This document shows positions 6,628 through 11,533 of a stretch of 24,000 bases of DNA, in pieces. The position numbers and the translations under genes were made by a program. The notes under the pieces are model-generated. The model ran no database searches. It was not told the origin of the DNA and saw only the letters and a program-made list of their open reading frames with translations. The stretch is taken from NCBI RefSeq assembly GCF_000993805.1, contig NZ_CP009961.1, forward strand, positions 1-24,000. Reading direction: 5' to 3'. How positions within the stretch are numbered: position 1 is the first letter of the stretch; each line of letters begins with the position of its first letter. Origin of the DNA: Infirmifilum uzonense. GTDB taxonomy: Archaea; Thermoproteota; Thermoprotei; Thermofilales; Thermofilaceae.

Positions 6628-7220
6628 CTAGTCTTCTATTAAAACTCCTTGCTCTTTGAGTATAGCATAGATTTTGTTTACGGCGTTTTTTACCTCTTCT
6701 TCTTTTTTAGCCCCTGTGCACACAACTTTGCCACTGCTGAAGATCAGTAAGACGACCTTCGGCTCGTTCATACGATAGATTAGTCCAGGAAATTGTTCAG
6801 GCTCATACATAGCGTTTTCTAGTAGGAAGGCAGCCCGTTCAAGGTCAACAGCCGCCTTGAGGTTAGCGCTCGCCACTATGTTCTGTATCTCAACTATGGG
6901 CTCATTTCTAATGTCTATTCCGTGCTGCTTTAAGAGTTTGATAATGCTTCCAACAGCCTTCTTGACCTCCGTCTCTGACTTTGCTCCTGTACATACCATT
7001 TTCCCGCTGGAGAATATTAGCGTTGCTGTTTTCGGTCTGTTTAGTCTAAGCACTAGACCCGGAAACTCTCGGATCCCAGGTCCGGAGACCTGGGATGTTC
7101 CGGACTATACTCGGCGTGAGGTATTCGTTCAGCTATACGCTCTAGATCTAAACGTTGGTTGAGGGTTACAGAGGCAACAACGTTTTGAATCTCATAGGTT
7201 GGTTCAGGTATGTTGACCAC
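6628..7220 (-). CDS. tbp: TATA-box-binding protein, reading frame interrupted by a 29-nt insert (7066-7094)
   Basis: The segment from GTG 7220 to 7095 encodes [42 protein letters not shown]. The segment 7065 to 6628 encodes [30 protein letters not shown]... through the second repeat ([34 protein letters not shown]). The two parts are in different frames. Joining them gives a normal 187-aa two-repeat TBP. Confidence 0.85.
7066..7094 (-). other. 29-nt frame-breaking insert in tbp with a perfect 10-bp hairpin
   Basis: In mRNA sense it reads CCCAGGUCUCCGGACCUGGGAUCCGAGAG. The hairpin arms are 7073-7082 and 7087-7096 with a 4-nt loop. It was delimited by requiring the ...PEH|FPGL... junction. Confidence 0.7.
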
Positions 7221-7230
7221 CCCTTACGGG

Positions 7231-7260
7231 TTTATAAATATCTTGAAGAGATATATAAAT
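7231..7260 (-). promoter_or_regulatory. Two TATA-like boxes upstream of tbp
   Basis: On the minus strand these read ATTTATATAT (7260-7251) and TATTTATAAA (7240-7231). The distal box fits a transcription start about 9 nt before GTG 7220. Confidence 0.4.
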
Positions 7261-7302
7261 ACTTACCCATAGGAGGAGTAAGGAATAAAGTATGTTGAAG
7301 AT

Positions 7303-7719
7303 TTAATGTGAAATTAATCTTTCGAAGATTAATTTAAGGTTACCTATATACGGAATCACGAAAATTACTCTGCCCTTTATCGTAAACTTATCAGGATGGA
7401 TGCTGTCGGGGTAAGGGTTCGCATCTCCTTTAGTAATGAATTTATCACCGTTAACGCCGACAATCCTGTGAACAATTAGACCAGAAGGAGACTCGTAAAC
7501 CACAATATCTCCTATAGAGTACTGGCTGGCGCCATAAACAACCACTATGTCTCCAACGTGAAGGGTGGGCTCCATTGACCAGCTCGATACCACGGCTAGG
7601 GGGACTTGCGTGTGTAACAGGTACCCGAGGGAAAAAATAAGAGCGACGGCTACTAGAAGAGTAGAAATTAACATCGCGTGTTCGATAATTTTGTTTCTTT
7701 TTTGTTTAACCTCATCCAC
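7303..7719 (-). CDS. Signal peptidase I (archaeal Sec11/S26B type)
   Basis: The 138-aa ORF has an N-terminal TM helix, then the SWSMEPTL catalytic-Ser motif, then HRIV and GDAN motifs. Confidence 0.85.
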   Translation of the reverse strand: MDEVKQKRNKIIEHAMLISTLLVAVALIFSLGYLLHTQVPLAVVSSWSMEPTLHVGDIVVVYGASQYSIGDIVVYESPSGLIVHRIVGVNGDKFITKGDANPYPDSIHPDKFTIKGRVIFVIPYIGNLKLIFERLISH

Positions 7720-7784
7720 GCATCTTCACGCATTTGACGGAGATATATAATTCTTTCTTGAGGGATGGAAAAATAAAGAAAAGT

Positions 7785-7824
7785 TTTTATAGAAGTGATG
7801 TTTTTCTGGAAATGCTAAGGGTGA
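7785..7824 (+). promoter_or_regulatory. Thermosome promoter (TATA TTTTTATAG 7785-7793) and SD-like AAGGGTGA (7817-7824)
   Basis: The TATA centre lies about 40 nt before ATG 7830. The GGTGA-type motif lies about 6 nt before that ATG. Confidence 0.4.
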
Positions 7825-7829
7825 ATTCC

Positions 7830-9470
7830 ATGGCTCAGCCTTCAGGCCAGATTCCTGTTTTGATATTGAAAGAAGGTACTCAGCGAACGACCGGGCGTGA
7901 TGCTAGAAAAGCCAACATTTATGCTGCCAGGGTTATAGCTGAAGCCCTAGCAAGCTCTCTAGGTCCACGCGGAATGGACAAGCTACTGGTAGGCTCCTTT
8001 GGAAACGCCACAATTACCGGTGATGGAGCTACAATTCTTAAGGAAATGGAGGTTCAGCATCCCGCGGCCAAGATGCTTGTCGAGGTGGCAAAGGCTCAAG
8101 ACGACGAGGTTGGTGACGGCACAACTAGCGTTGTTGTACTTGCCGGACAACTACTCACAGCGGCTGAAGAATTGATAGATCAAGACATCCACCCAACTAT
8201 TATCACCGAGGGCTTCGAGAAGGCTCTCGTAGAAGCGACGAAGAAAATTGACGAGATGGCGGTAAAAGTAGACCCGTTGGACAGAAATATCCTCGAGAAG
8301 ATTTCGCAAACAGCTCTTTCAAGCAAAGTTGTAGCCGAGTATAAAGAGTTTCTATCAAAGATAGTAGTTGAAGCAGCCCTCCAAGTAGCAGAAAAAAGGG
8401 ACGGTGGATACAAGCTCAGTCTGGATGACATAAAGGTTGAGAAGAAGAAGGGTGAAAGTATAACAGAGACTACGCTTGTGAAGGGTATTGTTCTAGACAA
8501 GGAGGTTGTACATCCAGCCATGCCTAAGAGGGTTGAGAACGCGAAAATAGCGCTTCTAGACGCTCCACTAGAGATCGAGAAGCCTGAGTGGACCGCAAAA
8601 ATTAACGTAACCACGCCTGAGCAGCTGAAAATGTTCCTCGACCAGGAGGCCGAAATACTACGCAGGAAAGTAGAGAAGATTAAGGAGAGTGGTGCTAATG
8701 TTGTTTTCTGTCAGAAGGGTATTGATGATGTTGCTCAGTATTATCTTGCCAGGGCTGGTATTCTTGCTGTGAGGCGTGTTAAGAAGAGTGATATGGAGAA
8801 GCTTGCCCGTGCTACTGGTGCTAAGATACTTACAAGGGTTGAGGATATTTCTCCAGAGGCTCTCGGCAATGCAAGGCTCGTGGAGGAGAGGAAGGTCGCG
8901 GACGAGAAGATGGTCTTCGTTGAAGGCTGCCCCAACCCCAAGAGCGTGACAATACTCGTCCGAGGCGGTGCTGAACATATTGTCGACGAGGCTGAGCGAG
9001 CGATTCATGATGCTCTCAGTGTTGTCCGAAATGTCATAGAGGATCCGAAGATAGTAGCGGGTGGAGGCGCAGTTGAGATAGAGTTGGCTATGAAATTAAG
9101 GGAATTTGCTAACACTCTGCCAAGCAAGGAGAAATTAGCGGTTGAAAAGTATGCCGAAGCTCTCGAGAACATAGTCGCAATACTTGCGCAGAACGCGGGA
9201 GCTGAGCCCATAGACGTGTTAACAGAGCTCAAGCGTCTACACGCAAGGGGCGAAAAATGGGCTGGTATTAATGCTTACACAGGCAAGGTTGAGGATGCTT
9301 ACAAGGCTGGAATACTTGAGCCAGCAATTGTCAAGAAACAAGTCTTAAAGTCGGCTACAGAGGCAGCAATAATGATAATGAGAATTGACGATATCATCGC
9401 AGCTCAGCCTCCGAAAGGGAAAGAGAAGGAGAAGGAGAAAACACCTTCCGGAGAATTCGAAACCGATTAA
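7830..9470 (+). CDS. ths: Thermosome subunit (group II chaperonin)
   Basis: MAQPSGQIPVLILKEGTQRTTGRDA..., the GDGTTS nucleotide-binding motif and a C-terminal KGKEKEKEK tail are present. ATG 7830 is preferred over the track's TTG 7734 because of the SD and a typical thermosome N-terminus. Confidence 0.95.
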   Translation: MAQPSGQIPVLILKEGTQRTTGRDARKANIYAARVIAEALASSLGPRGMDKLLVGSFGNATITGDGATILKEMEVQHPAAKMLVEVAKAQDDEVGDGTTSVVVLAGQLLTAAEELIDQDIHPTIITEGFEKALVEATKKIDEMAVKVDPLDRNILEKISQTALSSKVVAEYKEFLSKIVVEAALQVAEKRDGGYKLSLDDIKVEKKKGESITETTLVKGIVLDKEVVHPAMPKRVENAKIALLDAPLEIEKPEWTAKINVTTPEQLKMFLDQEAEILRRKVEKIKESGANVVFCQKGIDDVAQYYLARAGILAVRRVKKSDMEKLARATGAKILTRVEDISPEALGNARLVEERKVADEKMVFVEGCPNPKSVTILVRGGAEHIVDEAERAIHDALSVVRNVIEDPKIVAGGGAVEIELAMKLREFANTLPSKEKLAVEKYAEALENIVAILAQNAGAEPIDVLTELKRLHARGEKWAGINAYTGKVEDAYKAGILEPAIVKKQVLKSATEAAIMIMRIDDIIAAQPPKGKEKEKEKTPSGEFETD

Positions 9471-9525
9471 ACAAAGATTAGACTTTAAAAAGATTTAAAT
9501 ATTGTTTTTCTTGTCTAACTCGTTT

Positions 9526-9822
9526 ATGTTCGAGGGTAATATTTCAAAAGGTAATACCTCATCGTCTAAATTTCAAGTCAAGATTGGTCCACCCTGGCTG
9601 ACAAGGTTTGAGAAAGCCCGGATTCTTGGTATAAGAGCCCTTCAGATCTCCTTTGGGGCGCCCGTCTTGATCCCAGTTGAGGAGTCTGAGAATATAGACG
9701 CTATAAAAATAGCCGAGAGAGAGCTTGAGATGGGCGTTTTACCAATAGTCATAGTACGTTGGACACCAGAGGGAAGAGTCCAGGACATACCATTAAAGTT
9801 CTTAAAGCTTAGTCCACCCTAA
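9526..9822 (+). CDS. rpoK: DNA-directed RNA polymerase subunit K (Rpo6/Rpb6 homolog)
   Basis: LTRFEKARILGIRALQISFGAPVLI...AERELEMGVLPIVIVR is the Rpb6/omega-like core. ATG 9526 is preferred over TTG 9502, and TTTAAATA (9493-9500) fits a near-leaderless start. Confidence 0.88.
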   Translation: MFEGNISKGNTSSSKFQVKIGPPWLTRFEKARILGIRALQISFGAPVLIPVEESENIDAIKIAERELEMGVLPIVIVRWTPEGRVQDIPLKFLKLSPP

Positions 9823-10178
9823 CCCTCTCGCTTCAATTCTATTTTTTCATTTGAGATCGTAATCTCAAAGAAGTCTCCAATGCTAGGCTTCGTAACGAAC
9901 TTTTCCCATTCATCTTCGGTTAATACCAATGTAACTCTTGGAACACGCATAACTCCGGGCGAAGCTCCGGGAAACATTCTCATGATTTGCGATATTATTG
10001 GGGCTATTTCACGACTTATCTCGCTATCCGGAGATCTCACAAACATGGGCTCGGGCATTTCTCTTTCCTCTGTTAGTTCCAATTTCACCATTCTCTCTCC
10101 AAAGGGAGCGTCAAAAAGAGAGATATTAGAGACCTTTGCTTTAAACCTAACAGATATTTCAGACATGTGTAATCCCAT
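9819..10178 (-). CDS. Hypothetical protein
   Basis: The ORF is open to 10223 (TTG). The first ATG codons are at 10178 and 10166, and a TATA-like TATTTTAA lies near 10240-10250. I recognise no motif. Its 3' end overlaps convergent rpoK by 4 nt. Confidence 0.5.
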   Translation of the reverse strand: MGLHMSEISVRFKAKVSNISLFDAPFGERMVKLELTEEREMPEPMFVRSPDSEISREIAPIISQIMRMFPGASPGVMRVPRVTLVLTEDEWEKFVTKPSIGDFFEITISNEKIELKREG

Positions 10179-10284
10179 TATCCGAGCTCTAATTATGTTT
10201 TTTGCAGTGGAATGTGAAATCAAAATTTCTCATGTGATATGGTTAAAATACGTCATGTGGTTAACATGAGAACAGAATCCAAGA

Positions 10285-10384
10285 AGCCCCGGCCGGGATT
10301 TGAACCCGGGACCTTCGGCTCCCTCGAACCCCCCTCTCTAGGGCCTTACAAGGCCGACGCTCCACCAGTCTGAGCTACCGGGGC
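10285..10384 (-). tRNA. tRNA-Thr(UGU) with a 26-nt canonical intron (10321-10346)
   Basis: The minus strand reads GCCCCGG-TA-GCTC-AGACTGGTG-GAGC-G-TCGGC-CTTGTA[intron]A-GCCGA-AGGTC-CCGGG-TTCAAAT-CCCGG-CCGGGGC-T. The BHB central helix is CTTG/CGAG with bulges TAA and GGA. A TATA-like AATAAATTTA lies 27-36 nt upstream. Confidence 0.9.
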
Positions 10385-10532
10385 TTACCAAGTCTCAAGG
10401 CATTTAGGGGTAAATTTATTGTTTTCGCACTTGTTTTCATCGACGTCTCGGATACAATCCTGAAGTATATTAGATATTTAACACCATCCAGCCGCCCTGC
10501 GCCACTGGGGGGTGGCTCCCGGTTACCCCTCT

Positions 10533-10880
10533 TAGGGGTTATTGTTTCTGGCCTGGTACTTTTTTCCTTCTCGTTTAGTGGTGTGACTCCTTGGTGTGTG
10601 GGGGTGTAGGTCTCGATTCTGGTCGGTGTTGGCGGGGTGTATCCTGCCTTCCTGGCGATGTTTAAGCATGCGTTGATGTCCGCGTTGGCCTCGAGGCCGC
10701 ACCGGGGGCACGGGGAGGCGTTGGACGCTTACAGCCGGGCGTTTCCCCCTCGCCGGTGCCCTCAACATTAACCCGGGGGAGTCCAGGGCTATGCAGGCCT
10801 GGCAGGTTGACCACGCGGGGAGGGCGTACCACGCCCTAAGCGAGGCGGTCGAGGAGGTAAACCTTCGACGCACACGCATA
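10533..10880 (-). pseudogene. tnpB: Degenerate C-terminal remnant of IS200/IS605-family TnpB (zinc ribbon plus RuvC-III), frameshifted
   Basis: Minus-strand hand translation gives ...PAWSTCQAC... in one frame. In another frame, from 10710, it gives CPRCGLEANADINACLNIARKAGYTPPTPTRIETYTPTHQGVTPLNEKEK. Together these form a CxxC...CxxC ribbon followed by the D-x-N-A-x-x-N-I motif. Stops and at least one frameshift lie between the two halves, and no N-terminal two thirds of TnpB is present. Confidence 0.6.
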
Positions 10881-11003
10881 GCCTCTCTAAGGATTTACGC
10901 GGACATCCCCCCAGAATACAGGAAGACACTCAACAGCATGGACGCGATGCTCAGAGAGCTAGAAGAGCACAGAGACACTCTTGAAAGCATCCTCGAGGAA
11001 TAA
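10791..11003 (+). CDS. Short ORF with a conserved C-terminal segment (homolog of 317-526), function unknown
   Basis: It shares the block IASLRIYADIPPEYRKTLNSMDAMLRELEEHRDTLESILEE with copy 1. It reads toward the 3' end of the adjacent tRNA. Its N-terminal 30 aa are antisense to the tnpB remnant and are not conserved. Confidence 0.3.
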   Translation: MQAWQVDHAGRAYHALSEAVEEVNLRRTRIASLRIYADIPPEYRKTLNSMDAMLRELEEHRDTLESILEE

Positions 11004-11043
11004 GAAGCGGGGAAGACACACTAGAACCCCCAAGATTATAGCC

Positions 11044-11171
11044 TGGTGGGCCCGCCGGGATTTGAACCCGGGACCTCCGCCGATCTCCGGCGAACCCCAT
11101 ATACGAATTCCTTGTGCTCGCCGCGCGACTCGCTGCGCAAGGGCGACATCCTACCGCTAGACTACGGGCCC
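11044..11171 (-). tRNA. Intron-containing tRNA with anticodon UGC (Ala-type) but a G3-C70 acceptor stem; genomically encoded CCA; 53-nt intron (11083-11135)
   Basis: The minus strand reads GGGCCCG-TA-GTCT-AGCGGTA-GGAT-G-TCGCC-CTTGCG[intron]C-GGCGG-AGGTC-CCGGG-TTCAAAT-CCCGG-CGGGCCC-A-CCA. The BHB has helix CTTG/GGAG (3 pairs plus G-G), bulges CGC and ATC, and inner helix GCGAGTC/GGGTTCGC. The isotype is uncertain because the Ala identity pair G3-U70 is absent. Confidence 0.75.
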
Positions 11172-11212
11172 CTGACAAAAATAATTCACAAAAGTCCAGG
11201 TTAAAAGTTTTT

Positions 11213-11266
11213 TCAGCCTTCGTGTGCCGTTCCTCATTCCTATTCAGACGGCAAGTCACTCATCAT
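11213..11266 (-). ncRNA. C/D-box sRNA candidate
   Basis: The minus strand reads ATGATGA(C)-GTGACTTGCCGT(12 nt)-CTGA(D')-ATAGGA-ATGAGGA(C'-like)-ACGGCACACGAAGG(14 nt)-CTGA(D). A TATA-like TTTTATATTTTT (about 11283-11295) sits at roughly the right distance upstream. The caveats are that the two guide regions are partly complementary to each other and that the second spacer is long. Confidence 0.4.
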
Positions 11267-11387
11267 CATTTTTACACCTCTGACAAAAATATAAAACCAT
11301 TAGCTTTCCTAGAGGGTGATCGTTCTTTCAAGTAAATGATTGATGTACTGGCTTTTCCGAGAGATAGCGTTTTAAACTGTAAGATTA

Positions 11388-11489
11388 CGGGCCGGCCGGG
11401 ATTTGAACCCGGGTCCTACGGGTTAAAAGCCTCAACCTGCCTAGGAGGACTAGGCAAACCGTCGCTCTTCCTAGCTGAGCTACCGGCCC
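11388..11489 (-). tRNA. tRNA-Lys(UUU) with a 28-nt intron at non-canonical position 30/31 (11431-11458)
   Basis: The minus strand reads GGGCCGG-TA-GCTC-AGCTAGGAA-GAGC-G-ACGG[TTTGCCTAGTCCTCCTAGGCAGGTTGAG]G-CTTTTAA-CCCGT-AGGAC-CCGGG-TTCAAAT-CCCGG-CCGGCCC-G. The BHB central helix is CGAC/GTTG with bulges GGT and AGG. The inner helix is TGCCTAG/CTAGGCA. Confidence 0.88.
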
Positions 11490-11533
11490 TGCCCGTATTT
11501 GTAGCAATATGATATAGGATATTAATTTTTCTC

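Larger units (their letters stand above)
10494..11040 (-). mobile_element. GC-rich tRNA-flanking element, copy 2 (about 547 bp), containing a tnpB 3' remnant and an opposite-strand short ORF
   Basis: This is the homolog of 301-690 in inverted orientation, with the same two sharp ends. It is very GC-rich: I count 46 G+C in the 60 nt at 10681-10740. It carries the extra ~158 bp between TCGAGG repeats (10691-10696 and 10849-10854) that encode the zinc-ribbon part of the remnant. Confidence 0.65.

Noticed and set aside
7051-7100. Canonical bulge-helix-bulge intron fold for the 29-nt tbp insert
   Set aside because: I tested the rule that worked for all the tRNA introns in this window: a 4-bp helix with 3-nt bulges, cutting after the second bulge nucleotide. 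With cuts at 7095|7094 and 7066|7065 the required helix would be GAAC versus CGAG, which does not pair. Alternative BHB-like pairings (CCGG cores) give out-of-frame products or products lacking FPG. The intron idea is kept only as a weak option in the findings.
6857-7162. 101-aa plus-strand ORF across the tbp region
   Set aside because: It is antisense to both TBP segments. It stays open only because it spans the insert region.
7734-7829. N-terminal extension of the thermosome from TTG 7734, and similar TTG/GTG extensions at 9502 (rpoK), 13208 (rpoH), 16829 (rpoA1), 21537 (S12), 21952 (rpoD), 10223 (hypothetical) and 4827 (binding protein)
   Set aside because: These are longest-ORF artefacts. 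Downstream ATG codons are preceded by GGTGA/GAGGT-type SD sites or by correctly spaced TATA boxes and give typical N-termini. Several of the extensions overlap the upstream gene or its promoter.
8180-9232. Minus-strand ORFs 8180-8614, 8658-9008, 8741-8941 and 9005-9232 inside the thermosome gene
   Set aside because: They are antisense frames of a highly conserved chaperonin gene, with Ser/Leu/Thr-rich composition and no motifs.
9880-10269. 129-aa plus-strand ORF
   Set aside because: It is antisense to the 9819-10178 ORF and runs into that gene's promoter region. Which strand is real cannot be proven here. The minus-strand ORF has the more protein-like composition and a plausible TATA box and ATG.
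11078-11094. Hairpin TCGCC-GGAGATC-GGCGG as the real anticodon arm of the 11044-11171 tRNA
   Set aside because: Its 7-nt loop lacks U33 and a plausible anticodon context. It is better explained as the 3' strand of the anticodon stem plus the end of the intron.
10951-11335. ORFs 10951-11259 (-) and 11114-11335 (+)
   Set aside because: Both run straight through the intron-containing tRNA gene and the C/D-box candidate, so they are open frames by chance.
11281-11387. Possible second C/D-box sRNA (AAATGATTGATGTACTGG...CCGA on the plus strand)
   Set aside because: The candidate boxes deviate from RUGAUGA and CUGA, and no correctly spaced D or D' partner is present.
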